Positions 38,253-48,364 of a stretch of DNA of 64,000 nucleotides are shown here, one piece after another (position 1 is the stretch's first letter; every line of letters begins with the position of its first letter). The notes under the pieces are model-generated. The model did no database searches, was not told the origin of the DNA, and worked only from the letters and a program-made list of their open reading frames with translations. The translations under genes and the position numbers were made by a program. Source of the DNA: a virus (taxonomy: Duplodnaviria > Caudoviricetes); the IMG/VR virus record IMGVR_UViG_2595698521_000001, positions 29,840-93,839 of that record. The stretch is one strand, 5' to 3'.

Positions 38253-39326
38253 TTATGCAGTTTCGATAACTACACCACGGTCTTCATTCAGCATGCCAGT
38301 TCCCCAAATTGCGTACCAAGCTAATGCATGTTCACGTCCGAAGTCAGTTACTCCGTTATCACGTAACTCTACAGGAAGAGCTACTGCATAACCGTAAGTA
38401 TTTTCTCCGAAGATTACTGATTTGAATACGTCAACTTGGTTCGAGTTAACACCTTTTTTAAGGTTGTTGTCGAATGCGTAAGTTTCGTCATCAGCAGGTG
38501 CGGCACCGTTTGTCATGATTGTTGTTTCGATGAAACGAACATCATCAATACGTCCGATTTCGCCCGTGAATAATTGTTCCGGAGCGCCATACTTAGATGC
38601 TTCAATCCAAGCAGGGTCATCACGTAATGTACGAGATTGGTGAGGATGTACGAAACATACATAGTAGCTACCTTCGAATTTTGGAGCATTTGCAGTAGCT
38701 AAAATTTCAACAGCGTCTTTGATAGTTGCAACTGATAAAATGTGTTCTGCTGTAATATCTTTACGAGCAGTAATTTTAGCAGAAGTACTGTTTGGACGAG
38801 CGAAAATTGTGTTTGTTACACCTGCAAGAACTGTATCACGTAATTCACAATCAATAGTAGTTGCAACGTCACGAGCAAGTAACGTAGAAGCATCTTCCAT
38901 GATGTTTGTGAATGAAGCTTTTAATGCTAATTCAGATACAGCAATAGCGTTACCACGTTCGCCAACACGGATTTCTTTCATTGTGCTTGAAAGAGCTTGT
39001 GTTTGCATGCGTTTACCCTCTGTTAACGCACCGCCACGCTTTAAGTTGTTGTAAGTCATCATTTGAATAGATAGACCTGGTTGAACTCCTAATTCCTCTT
39101 TCTCTTGTGCGAACTGAAGGAACTTCAGAATCGGCATTGCTTTGAATTGAATTTCTTTAGAATAAACAGCACGTACATGGTTTTCTAACTTGACAGCATC
39201 ACCGCCATCAGTAGATGTACCAGTTGCAACTGTTACTGTATTCATTTGTGAAGCATCAGCGAAAACGTTTTGGAATAAAACGTTTAAGAATGAGAAACGG
39301 TTTTTCTTTTGTTTAGCCATTGTCAT
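38253..39326 (-). CDS. Major capsid protein (N4-gp56 family)
   Basis: LTEG, YVCFVHP....LR.D..W...KY.....LFTGEIG.I..VRFIET and D.GR...AWY. Confidence 0.92.
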   Translation of the reverse strand: MTMAKQKKNRFSFLNVLFQNVFADASQMNTVTVATGTSTDGGDAVKLENHVRAVYSKEIQFKAMPILKFLQFAQEKEELGVQPGLSIQMMTYNNLKRGGALTEGKRMQTQALSSTMKEIRVGERGNAIAVSELALKASFTNIMEDASTLLARDVATTIDCELRDTVLAGVTNTIFARPNSTSAKITARKDITAEHILSVATIKDAVEILATANAPKFEGSYYVCFVHPHQSRTLRDDPAWIEASKYGAPEQLFTGEIGRIDDVRFIETTIMTNGAAPADDETYAFDNNLKKGVNSNQVDVFKSVIFGENTYGYAVALPVELRDNGVTDFGREHALAWYAIWGTGMLNEDRGVVIETA

Positions 39327-39352
39327 TGTTATATCCTCCTAAGTGATTTGGT

Positions 39353-40150
39353 TTAGTTTTTAAATAGTCCCGAAACTTTTCTCCACTCTGCATATTCAGC
39401 CGGAGTCATTTTAGAAACGTCCTGCGCTGTTACTTGTTGGAATTGACCTTGTAACATTTGTGCAGATGGATTAGCAGGTGGGATATGTACATTACCTACT
39501 GCTTGATTAGCAATTTCAGCGTAACGAGCTTTTGCAGTTTCGAATGAAGCATCAATTTCTTCCGGTGTGTTACCTGTAACTAATTCCGGAATAATAGCTC
39601 CGTTTGCTCCCGCAATTTTCTCTTTACGGTAAGAATCCGCTTTGATTTGCGCAACATCCGTATTGTACTTAGCTTCCCAGTCAGCTACTTGTTGTTGTAA
39701 CGTAGTAACCTGTGCAGAAAGTTCGGCATTTTGTACTGTACTAGCTTTACCCGATTTAGCTCCCTCTTTAAGAGTTGCATTTTCAGCTTTAAGCTTTTCG
39801 TTCTCGGCAGTTAGTTCAGCAATTGTTTTATCACGTTCACCTACTACTAAAACATAGTTGTTTTTGTCCTGTTTTAGTTTTTCGATTTCCGGATAAAGTT
39901 TCGCTTTTTCCTCTTTACGAGCATTAGCGATTAATTCCTCATAGTTCACTGTACCCGAAGGTGCAGGTGGTGTATTTGGATTAGCAGGTGGTGTTTGCGT
40001 ACCTCCTGTTGGTGGCGTAGCAGGTGGTGTAGTTGGTTCTTCAGCGTGTACCGTCATGAACATTCCTTCTAAGAATGTTTTAATAGTTAATTTCTGTGGA
40101 CGGAATTTATTTAGCATAGTAGTTGTCATTTTAAAATTCTCCCTTTTCAT
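39353..40150 (-). CDS. Capsid scaffolding protein
   Basis: Pro-rich N-terminus, R.EEK.KLY, coiled coil, LV.G.T.EEI..S and MTPAEYAEWR; upstream of the capsid gene. Confidence 0.82.
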   Translation of the reverse strand: MKRENFKMTTTMLNKFRPQKLTIKTFLEGMFMTVHAEEPTTPPATPPTGGTQTPPANPNTPPAPSGTVNYEELIANARKEEKAKLYPEIEKLKQDKNNYVLVVGERDKTIAELTAENEKLKAENATLKEGAKSGKASTVQNAELSAQVTTLQQQVADWEAKYNTDVAQIKADSYRKEKIAGANGAIIPELVTGNTPEEIDASFETAKARYAEIANQAVGNVHIPPANPSAQMLQGQFQQVTAQDVSKMTPAEYAEWRKVSGLFKN

Positions 40151-40163
40151 GGTTTAGTTTTGA

Positions 40164-40316
40164 TTACTTGTTCCAACCCTTTTTAACAACTTTTTTAGTT
40201 GGTAAAAGTTTACCCGGAGTTGCGTGTGGGTTAGTTTTAACTGTTTTTCCTTTTAGTCCTTTTGGAAGACCAACAGTTTGATTCCCTTGTCCGTGGAATA
40301 AATCTTTTTCAGCCAT
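40164..40316 (-). CDS. Small basic protein (50 aa, not in the ORF track)
   Basis: MAEKDLFHGQGNQTVGLPKG...KKGWNK, RBS AAGGAGG. Confidence 0.7.
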   Translation of the reverse strand: MAEKDLFHGQGNQTVGLPKGLKGKTVKTNPHATPGKLLPTKKVVKKGWNK

Positions 40317-40453
40317 TTGGGATTCCTCCTTTTATTAGGATTTTGTATCACCTATTTCATATTATAACGAATAATACCGTATGCACAAGTACACTGACAA
40401 TAAAAAAGACCGAATTTTTATATTCGGTCTAGGTTTTCGGTACTTCTACCATG

Positions 40454-42073
40454 TTATTTCTTTGGTTCGGGGCTATTTGTGAATCCTGCATTAATTTCTT
40501 TCGTATTTCCGTCTGCATTAGTTCCAACTGGTTTTTCTCCTAATGTAGAAGGTGCGTTACCCATCATTGGAGTAGGTGGAGCATATTTCTGCGCAATCTT
40601 AGCTTGTCCTTCAGCAAGTTCAAGTTGCTTATTAACGTCTTCCAATCCGTATACTGAAGGATTTTCCTCACGTTCTTTATCAATAGCTTCCATCTTGCCT
40701 TGAATATTGCTCTTATTAAGACGTTTCATTGCTCCCTCACGGTTTTCTAATCCCATGCGCATTTCTGATTCAATTTCTTGTAATTCTAATACTCCGTCTT
40801 TCGGTAGAATTGACTCGAAATGTACCTCGTTATAGAAGAAGTCTTTCTTCTGAATAGAATCCGGAATAGTAATCATCTTTTCCGCTAATCCAATGTACAG
40901 AATTAATTTGTTGATATACTCAATTGCTTCTTTAGATATCGCCTGTTTAATACGTACACGTTCTAAAATCGGCATTAGTGAAATCTGTAATGCTACTCCA
41001 CTTGTATTAGATATTGATAAGTCTCCACCCAATACTCCTTCCGGCATATTCCCGACTTCAAACATTGCCCGCTTAATATCGTCAATATAACTTTGTGCCG
41101 CAATAAGATCACCGTCTAATTTCAAGTTCTCAATTCTTGCGTCTTTCGGTAATCCTCCCCATACTTTGTTAGCTCCACGTTCTAAATTACCAACTCTCGC
41201 TCCGAAAACTGCTGTAATAGGAGAAGAATGATAGTCGATAATTTCCGATACGTCCGATTTCTTTAAGTTGTATTCCATGTTTAAAGGAATTACATCGTCA
41301 ATATCTCCGACACCGTAGTTCTTTCCTTGTACTGGGAAGTTTTTAATTTGCTTGAACGGTAATAACTTGTATTTGTTAGGGAATTTATTTAGCATCTTTT
41401 CTCCTTCCCAAATCTCAACCGTTTCTTCCGTCCATATTTGTTTATAGATTACGTTCTTCACACCTGTAGCGAATCCAAACGTATTCTTTTCCTCTTTTTT
41501 GATAGGATACATGATTGAAAGTTTCTTAATTCGCTTTCTATCGTGGTATTCATCAAATTCCGGAAATACGATACTTGGCGGTAATACTAAAATATGAATC
41601 TTTCCGTTTGGATACTCACCAAACGGGTCATGGAATTCCGGATTTGGCTTTCCTGCTAAAGTAACAGGTTCATAGCGTACTTGAATCCATGCATCACCTG
41701 CAATTGATTTAGATTGTCCCATCTCAATACAAGTTTCAATCTTACTATTCTCTCCCCATACTCTATTAATAAAGTACAGTGGTGATTGTTCTTCCGGCAA
41801 TTTCTCCATTTCCGGCTTCATCTTCACTTGGAATCCTTTACCCAACTCGAATGAAACGAATTTATCTACAAATGCACGTGCATAGTTTACTGTTACTTCC
41901 GGTTTTCCAGTATCCTCTACACCTTCCCAATGGAAACCTTCATAGAAGTTCCAGTTCGCTTGAATCTTTCCCAGTCGAGCTACTTCAGAAGCAGGTAATT
42001 TAATACCTAATGTCTGAAGAATTGCGTTGTGAATGTTCTGCGGTGTTAACTTGTTATTCATATCATATGCCAT
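40454..42073 (-). CDS. Portal protein (SPP1 gp6-like)
   Basis: NWNFYEG.HW, VNYARAFVDK, YG.GDI and NTSGVAL; follows TerL. Confidence 0.9.
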   Translation of the reverse strand: MAYDMNNKLTPQNIHNAILQTLGIKLPASEVARLGKIQANWNFYEGFHWEGVEDTGKPEVTVNYARAFVDKFVSFELGKGFQVKMKPEMEKLPEEQSPLYFINRVWGENSKIETCIEMGQSKSIAGDAWIQVRYEPVTLAGKPNPEFHDPFGEYPNGKIHILVLPPSIVFPEFDEYHDRKRIKKLSIMYPIKKEEKNTFGFATGVKNVIYKQIWTEETVEIWEGEKMLNKFPNKYKLLPFKQIKNFPVQGKNYGVGDIDDVIPLNMEYNLKKSDVSEIIDYHSSPITAVFGARVGNLERGANKVWGGLPKDARIENLKLDGDLIAAQSYIDDIKRAMFEVGNMPEGVLGGDLSISNTSGVALQISLMPILERVRIKQAISKEAIEYINKLILYIGLAEKMITIPDSIQKKDFFYNEVHFESILPKDGVLELQEIESEMRMGLENREGAMKRLNKSNIQGKMEAIDKEREENPSVYGLEDVNKQLELAEGQAKIAQKYAPPTPMMGNAPSTLGEKPVGTNADGNTKEINAGFTNSPEPKK

Positions 42074-42086
42074 AATAATTTCCTCC

Positions 42087-43667
42087 CTATGCTCTTCGTC
42101 TTCTTGCAGTTATGTTATTTCTAGAATTGTAGAATGAAGTTTGTTGTTTCTTCATTTGGTGAATCGGGTTTTCTTCAACTATTGGTTTACTTACAAAATC
42201 ACCTTTTGCTCCGAATACAGCCAGTGCCGCACTATCACAATAGTCATCGTGCGCTCCACGTTCGGCAGGGTGAGAAACTACCATGTGTTGTCCACTGTAT
42301 GTTTTTTGTAAGTCTATGTGCTGTTTTAAGAACTTAGTATATTCCCTTGTTTTCGAGAATTCTTCACCCGCAGGGAATGATACACGTTTAGCTCTAATTT
42401 CAGCGTCATAGTGTTTGTATAAATCACTCTTACTTGGTGTACCGAATACATACGGGATAACTTCGCAGTCAACATTTGCGCTAACTCGGTCATACATCGG
42501 AGAACCTACTCCGGTAGCATCCATTACAATACGCATAATATTGTACTCTTTCAAGATATCCATAATTTCATAGTATTGTGTATTGTAGTCATCACCTTGT
42601 AACTCAATGATGTTTTTAATCTTCGTTTTATATGCGTAGTAATCCGGTACTTCTAAATCTTTTGATTGCTCAATAAGTACTGGGTTTTCTACATCTACCT
42701 CGGCAATAGTAACAACTGTACTATCCGAACTTTTCCCTAAATCAATTCCGACTGTATGAACGTTTTTGTGGTCATACGGTACAATTTCAAGTGTCGTATC
42801 TCCCAGTTTCTCAAACTTTTCGGGGTCAACGAACATACCACGTTCAAGAATCCATTTAAGGTTATATGACATTTGGAATTCATCTGAATCTTCTCCTAAA
42901 CGTGCTTTTTCACCTTCTATGTACTTCGCATATTTAGGATTATATTTAACTACTACTTCCCAATTGTACTCGAAATGCGTTTGTCTTGCTTTTCCTTCTA
43001 AATACGCAAGTTTATTACGTTCGATAGAATGATAGAAGAATCCTTTATTGACCGTAGGTGTACCGATCAAAATTTTAGTTGCATTATAGAACGCACCCAT
43101 TGGAGAAATAGATTTTGAGTATTTAAAGTTACCTACGTCCTGCGCTTCATCGACAATGATAATATGATAAGATTTACCCTCGATATTACTTCCTTCAGAA
43201 GCGGACATACATGTAATAATACTTCCGTTTGTTAAAGAAATATTCTGTCCGTTGTTCGTATCGAATCCTACCATAATGTCGGGGTCATTCATTACTTCCT
43301 CCGCAGATTTACTGCTCATACGTTGCTTCATACGTGAGAATGAAATTTGCGCTTGGTGTAATGCAGGAGCGAATACACCGATTAAAATTCCGTTTTTGAA
43401 TTGCTGTAAACGTTGGTCATCAGCGAACATTGGCATATTTGCTAAAACGGGCAATAGGATAGCTAATCCACCTACAGTTGTAGAGATTACTTCCGATTTC
43501 CCCGATTGTCGGGACTGTAAACCTGTTATTTCGTCCCCTGTGTTATCTATTACAGAGCGGATAATACGTTTCGAGAATTGTTCTTGGTACGGGAAGAACT
43601 TAATACCGGAATACGCTTGGCAGAATAGAAAGGCTTTCTCTACTAATTGCGAAGTTGGTATTCTCAT
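42087..43667 (-). CDS. terL: Terminase large subunit
   Basis: PYQ, SRQSGKSE, IIVDEAQD, GTP, GIDLGK..D.TV and HDDYCDS. Confidence 0.95.
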   Translation of the reverse strand: MRIPTSQLVEKAFLFCQAYSGIKFFPYQEQFSKRIIRSVIDNTGDEITGLQSRQSGKSEVISTTVGGLAILLPVLANMPMFADDQRLQQFKNGILIGVFAPALHQAQISFSRMKQRMSSKSAEEVMNDPDIMVGFDTNNGQNISLTNGSIITCMSASEGSNIEGKSYHIIIVDEAQDVGNFKYSKSISPMGAFYNATKILIGTPTVNKGFFYHSIERNKLAYLEGKARQTHFEYNWEVVVKYNPKYAKYIEGEKARLGEDSDEFQMSYNLKWILERGMFVDPEKFEKLGDTTLEIVPYDHKNVHTVGIDLGKSSDSTVVTIAEVDVENPVLIEQSKDLEVPDYYAYKTKIKNIIELQGDDYNTQYYEIMDILKEYNIMRIVMDATGVGSPMYDRVSANVDCEVIPYVFGTPSKSDLYKHYDAEIRAKRVSFPAGEEFSKTREYTKFLKQHIDLQKTYSGQHMVVSHPAERGAHDDYCDSAALAVFGAKGDFVSKPIVEENPIHQMKKQQTSFYNSRNNITARRRRA

Positions 43668-43669
43668 AG

Positions 43670-43993
43670 TTAACCTCTCGTCTTAGGTCTTCTACTTTGT
43701 TTAGTAGTTCGGTATTGTGAAACTTTTGGTTTTCCCGTTTTCCCGCTTCTGTATAAATTCTTCTCATCTCGTGGCGCACGTTTACCCGTTGTTCCACTCT
43801 TTCGTGTTGTTACTTTTGGTACACTTGGTTTCTTTTGCTTTTTAGGCTTTGTCGTAGTTTTTGATGTAGTTGATTTTTTCGGTTGTGCTTTTGGTTTGTC
43901 AGAACCTAGATATCCTCTTCCGTGGCAAGTGTAGCAAACACCACCGAATCTAGTTCCTGTTCCATTACATTTAGGACACTTTTGTTTTGCCAT
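43670..43993 (-). CDS. Highly basic protein with a CxxCxGxG zinc finger
   Basis: CPKCNGTG..CYTCHGRG followed by a K/R/T-rich tail. Confidence 0.7.
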   Translation of the reverse strand: MAKQKCPKCNGTGTRFGGVCYTCHGRGYLGSDKPKAQPKKSTTSKTTTKPKKQKKPSVPKVTTRKSGTTGKRAPRDEKNLYRSGKTGKPKVSQYRTTKQSRRPKTRG

Positions 43994-44064
43994 GATTCCT
44001 TCCTCCTTTAAACAATAAAAAATGCGGACAAGAAATTAATCCTATCCGCATTTTACCACATATA

Positions 44065-44448
44065 TTATTGTTTGTCGGGAGTAGTTTCTCCACTTTTACC
44101 GTCTATATTCTTAGAAAGCATCATCATAGCCTTTGTTAATCCAGTAAGGAAATCGTCTAATTGCTTTCTATGAACAAGAACTTCCTTACATCCCATATCA
44201 GAAATGCCATGATGGAATTCTCTTATAGCAGGTAATACTTTATTTACTATCGCATCTCTTTTGTACTGCTCTGCTTTCATGTATTTCATTAAATCCGCTA
44301 ATTCTTCGGTTGCCATGTTGAGCCAATCATAATCGTCCATTGGGTCAAGGTACTGTCCGTACTTCTTAAATCCAAACTCATCTTGCTTAACCGCTACTTC
44401 AGTCATTTCTTCCATAACTACTTTCGTGAAAGGTGCTTTAATCTCCAA
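44065..44448 (-). CDS. Possible all-alpha (MazG-like) nucleotide pyrophosphohydrolase
   Basis: GFKKYG..L...DWL....EELAD..KY. Confidence 0.4.
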   Translation of the reverse strand: MEIKAPFTKVVMEEMTEVAVKQDEFGFKKYGQYLDPMDDYDWLNMATEELADLMKYMKAEQYKRDAIVNKVLPAIREFHHGISDMGCKEVLVHRKQLDDFLTGLTKAMMMLSKNIDGKSGETTPDKQ

Positions 44449-44496
44449 AATAATTCCTCCTACGTAATTATTACCCTATGTTGCATATAACTTCCC

Positions 44497-44802
44497 CTAT
44501 AAATCCGTCTGCGTAGAAGTATCCACCATTTCCGGCAGGAATGGTTCAGGCGGTAGGGGGACGCTGAAAATTACTTCAGCTTGGTCGAAGATTTCTCTTC
44601 TTGCTTCTAATTGAGCAAGTGTTTGTCTCAATGCAATAGTAGGCGTAGCATTTGCTTTCTCACCAACATTTTCTTTGAATCCCTGCTCTTCAAGAATAGA
44701 AATAGCTCTCGTAACAGCGTCAATCTGCTTTTTTAGGTATAAATACCCGTCCAAGACGTTTTTAAAGAAACTCTCCGGTGGAGTTACTGTTGTTTCTGCC
44801 AT
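44497..44802 (-). CDS. Hypothetical protein
   Basis: In-operon ORF with an RBS. Confidence 0.6.
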   Translation of the reverse strand: MAETTVTPPESFFKNVLDGYLYLKKQIDAVTRAISILEEQGFKENVGEKANATPTIALRQTLAQLEARREIFDQAEVIFSVPLPPEPFLPEMVDTSTQTDL

Positions 44803-45200
44803 GCTTCTCCCTCCCTTCTATATATTTCTATCATAACAGGTCGGATAGTTTTTGCCACCACTCCTTCCCGTAAATTATTGTACGTAAATTCTCCCGTTTC
44901 TTTAAACTTAGCAAACTTTGAAACTGCTACTTCAGTTTCATAGTAAAATGGCATTGGCGCTTTTCCCTCTTCTTCATGAACTAACATTAACGTTGATTTT
45001 ACACTCTTTAACTGCAATTCTATCATTTTCTTCGTCATATCTAATACCTGTTCCCATGTCCAGTTTGGATGTATTAAGTGACTTGCACTTCCAGTACCGC
45101 GAATTTGATCACCAGGAACAAAAATCTCAAACGGGCGAACTTTAATTTCTCCACCCGTTGGTAATTTAACAACCATTTCAAAATCCCATGACTTATTCAT
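44784..45200 (-). CDS. Hypothetical protein
   Basis: TAATG coupling to the ligase gene. Confidence 0.6.
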   Translation of the reverse strand: MNKSWDFEMVVKLPTGGEIKVRPFEIFVPGDQIRGTGSASHLIHPNWTWEQVLDMTKKMIELQLKSVKSTLMLVHEEEGKAPMPFYYETEVAVSKFAKFKETGEFTYNNLREGVVAKTIRPVMIEIYRREGEAWQKQQ

Positions 45201-46759
45201 TAGTCTTCTTCCTTTCTAATGTGAGCGTTAAATGTACATTGTTCAAAATTCTTGTCATCTCTCCACTGTTTAAATCGTGGGTGACGTAGACTACCTGTTT
45301 CTTTATCTATTATCCCGTTTGCTAATACTTCTAGTACTCTTCTTTCTTTAATGTACTTTTCTCCGTTTTGTTTCAAGTCTTCCATTGTCTGCTCATTTAA
45401 TCCTTTGCACGTTCCCACATGTTGCAACCAATATGGTTTTTTATCTATCCATATTGCAGAATTGTCATCGAATGCTTGGTCTTCATAACCGTCATTAACT
45501 AAATCATGATATTCTTCGTCCGTCATTTTCTTGATTACAGCGAAATCAATTCCTCCGCACCATCCCATTGCATAAGGTTTTGATACAGGTGTTCCAATTT
45601 CTAATACATCGTATGGAATCTTCTCACCTTCTTCAAGAATTATGATGCTGTTATTCTCGTCCGGATATTCCCAAAATCTCCACTCTTCAATACGTTCCTC
45701 TTCCCACAACTTACCTTCATATTTTTTAGTCGGTAATGTAAGGTTAGTTATGATTACGTCCCACGTTTCTTTCTCTTTTGCTTTTATGAGATTCTTTGTT
45801 TTCTTCTGCTCATAAATAGTCATGAGATTTTTAATCATGATTCCCTCCTTACCTTTTTCGGTAAGTTCAAGGAACAGTTTATAAAAATTATCCTCATAGA
45901 TAATACAATGCTTTCCGAATTCATTCATTACATCAAGCTCGGCTTCATAACCTAACGTTAATAAGTCTCTTAGCTTCCCGAATGTTTTTCTAGGCATGTA
46001 CATTTCATGGAATTTGATGTACTCTCTACCGTAAACTTCCCATATCTCCAATATTGCTTTCATGAGGTAATATTTTCGCTTCCATAATGGCATAGCTTGA
46101 ATATTAATACCTTTATAGTAAAGAATGTCGAATGCATAGAAACTAATAAATCCATTTTCAAATTGGTACTGTACTGCATTTGCAGGTAGGCTTCCCATTA
46201 CGGATTGTACGTGCATAGAATCAGTTCCATAATCGAACTCACCATCTAATACTGTTCCCGCTAAATTCGGAACTACGGAATCCCGTATATGCGGTACACA
46301 ATCGGAATTCTCTCCCCACCAATCAGTTCTTTTAATAATGTTACGACTAAAGTTACGGTTTGATTCCGTACCCATATGTAATAATCCTCTATGTCCGTCT
46401 AATTTCAGCTCCGCAACATCATGTACACCTTGCTCTTGGTCGAAATACTCATCGTTCTCGAATCCACCCATCGGTTCAAGGAATAGGACAGAACGGTCAC
46501 GCTTTAAATCTTCCATGTAACTTGTATAACTTGCGTCCATATACTTTGGAGCAGGATTTTCAGAAATAACTTTCCCCGCTTCATTAAGAATATGCACACC
46601 TTCCCAATTTAAAGTGCGCACTTCTTTTCCTTTTGCATTTGTAGTTACTTCGAATAAACCGTTATTGTTATTCGATATTAGTGTTACTTTGTTTTTCGTT
46701 TGAGCTTTAACTTCGGTTTTCTTTTTATTTTTAACTTTGGCTTTTCTTTTGATTGACAT
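45200..46759 (-). CDS. lig: ATP-dependent DNA ligase
   Basis: ELKLDGHR (motif I), VLDGE, FDIL, EGIMIK, K.K and SLRHPRF..WRDDK. Confidence 0.92.
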   Translation of the reverse strand: MSIKRKAKVKNKKKTEVKAQTKNKVTLISNNNNGLFEVTTNAKGKEVRTLNWEGVHILNEAGKVISENPAPKYMDASYTSYMEDLKRDRSVLFLEPMGGFENDEYFDQEQGVHDVAELKLDGHRGLLHMGTESNRNFSRNIIKRTDWWGENSDCVPHIRDSVVPNLAGTVLDGEFDYGTDSMHVQSVMGSLPANAVQYQFENGFISFYAFDILYYKGINIQAMPLWKRKYYLMKAILEIWEVYGREYIKFHEMYMPRKTFGKLRDLLTLGYEAELDVMNEFGKHCIIYEDNFYKLFLELTEKGKEGIMIKNLMTIYEQKKTKNLIKAKEKETWDVIITNLTLPTKKYEGKLWEEERIEEWRFWEYPDENNSIIILEEGEKIPYDVLEIGTPVSKPYAMGWCGGIDFAVIKKMTDEEYHDLVNDGYEDQAFDDNSAIWIDKKPYWLQHVGTCKGLNEQTMEDLKQNGEKYIKERRVLEVLANGIIDKETGSLRHPRFKQWRDDKNFEQCTFNAHIRKEED

Positions 46760-47259
46760 TTTTCCTCACCCGCTCCTTCGATATCTTTTACAATCCAGTC
46801 CACTATACGTGCATATGATATTAAATCTCTATAGATGTATTGGTTTAGTTCTTTGTCCGCAAAATCTACAGCAATACCATTAGGTTTCCCGAATACGGAG
46901 TATCCATTTCCGGCACTTCCTCCATTATGACCTAATAACTTAGCTCTTTCTATCGCTTTCTTGCGTCCTTCTTTTCTGTATACATCTCTAATTGTTATTA
47001 CGTTGTTCCGGAATCTCCATTCAATGAGCTTCTGCATATCCTTCTCATCATCGAACTTTCTAATATCCGGCTTTTCGTTGCGCTCAATCACCCGTGCAAT
47101 GATTTCATCTTGCGTTGGGAATCGTGCAGGTGGGAAGACTTCTTTGTGTTCTACCTTCTTTTCTACTTTAACGGTCTTCTTTATCCGTTTTATTTTCAAT
47201 AATAACAGCTCCTTTAGTTGGTATAAGTACATTTTATCATTGGTAAAAGTAGCGGTCAA
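46684..47259 (-). CDS. Hypothetical protein
   Basis: ORF after the promoter near 47260; the start codon is uncertain. Confidence 0.55.
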   Translation of the reverse strand: MTATFTNDKMYLYQLKELLLLKIKRIKKTVKVEKKVEHKEVFPPARFPTQDEIIARVIERNEKPDIRKFDDEKDMQKLIEWRFRNNVITIRDVYRKEGRKKAIERAKLLGHNGGSAGNGYSVFGKPNGIAVDFADKELNQYIYRDLISYARIVDWIVKDIEGAGEEKCQSKEKPKLKIKRKPKLKLKRKTK

Positions 47260-47286
47260 ATCAAGAAAAGACGGTATCTCTACCGT

Positions 47287-47772
47287 CTAAATGTATTCTG
47301 CTACTATTATTTTGTGACTGTCTTTCGGACCTTGTTTCCCGTATGAGTAAAGCATTAGTTTGTCGCTAATATCCGGAATAAAGTAAGTATCTGCTTCCGG
47401 AAATGTACCTTGTACGTGTGTAATTATGAATCGGTTCGCTAAGTTCTCGAACATTTTATAGATTTCAGCTCCACCCATTATATAAACATCTTCTTCAAAG
47501 CGGAATAACTTGAACAGCTCTTCCATATCATGAGCTATTTCACAACCTTCTGCTTCAAACTCTTTATTTCGAGTCAGAATGATGTTTCTTCTGTCCGGTA
47601 ATGGTTTCCCTATCGACTCGTAGGTTTTACGTCCCATGACTACCGTATTCCCCGTGGTGATTCTTCGGAATTCTTTCATATCACTAGGGATATTCCATAG
47701 TAACTTATTGTCCTTCCCTATCTCCCCGTTTCTCCCTATCGCTACAATTATCGCAATGTTCATTGTCGCCAT
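47287..47772 (-). CDS. dfrA: Dihydrofolate reductase
   Basis: [41 protein letters not shown] and DTYF. Confidence 0.96.
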   Translation of the reverse strand: MATMNIAIIVAIGRNGEIGKDNKLLWNIPSDMKEFRRITTGNTVVMGRKTYESIGKPLPDRRNIILTRNKEFEAEGCEIAHDMEELFKLFRFEEDVYIMGGAEIYKMFENLANRFIITHVQGTFPEADTYFIPDISDKLMLYSYGKQGPKDSHKIIVAEYI

Positions 47773-48364
47773 CTTCCTTTCCCCTTTTGTCGTAAACACG
47801 TATCAAAATAATGAATCCTACTAAAACTATCAACGTATTCGTTATGTTCTGTGCCATTACAGAACTAGGATAGAAATAAAAGAATATATCTGCCATCCCA
47901 AATAATACTACCGTAAACATGTAAACTAGTATGAAATCTATGAACGTTATCATGCACTCACTCCCTTTTCGGTGTAAATAAGATGGTAACATAAGCGCTC
48001 AATATAATCATCCCTGTATGTATTCCAAATGACTTTGCCGCATTTCCCCATGAAGTAAGTAGTTTAGCTCTGCGTACCCAATCTAGTATCCCCTCCCCTA
48101 CGTAATAAGCACATAGGGAAGAAATTGCTAGAATCATAATTATTGTTGCGATACGAATTACTTTTTCCATTTGTCATCAACCTCGAATCGTTCTTGGATA
48201 AAGTAGTTGTATAAAATTGCGCATGTAATAGCTATTACGTAAGGTAATGCACTATTGTCCCGAATATTTATCTCTAATGCTAACCAATAAATAAACATCA
48301 TTGCGGGCATTACTCCGATAACTAATAGTAGTTTTGTTATAGGTTGTACTTTCTTCTTATTCAT
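47705..48364 (-). CDS. Three small overlapping membrane-protein ORFs (47705-47992, 47958-48170, 48158-48364)
   Basis: Each has two hydrophobic segments; they lie between thyA and DHFR. Confidence 0.6.

Noticed and set aside
43600-43797. Alternative-frame minus-strand ORFs (43600-43797, 19200-19424, 31716-31901, 33756-33971, 61669-61878, 62187-62387)
   Set aside because: They overlap better-supported genes or promoter regions and lack RBSs.
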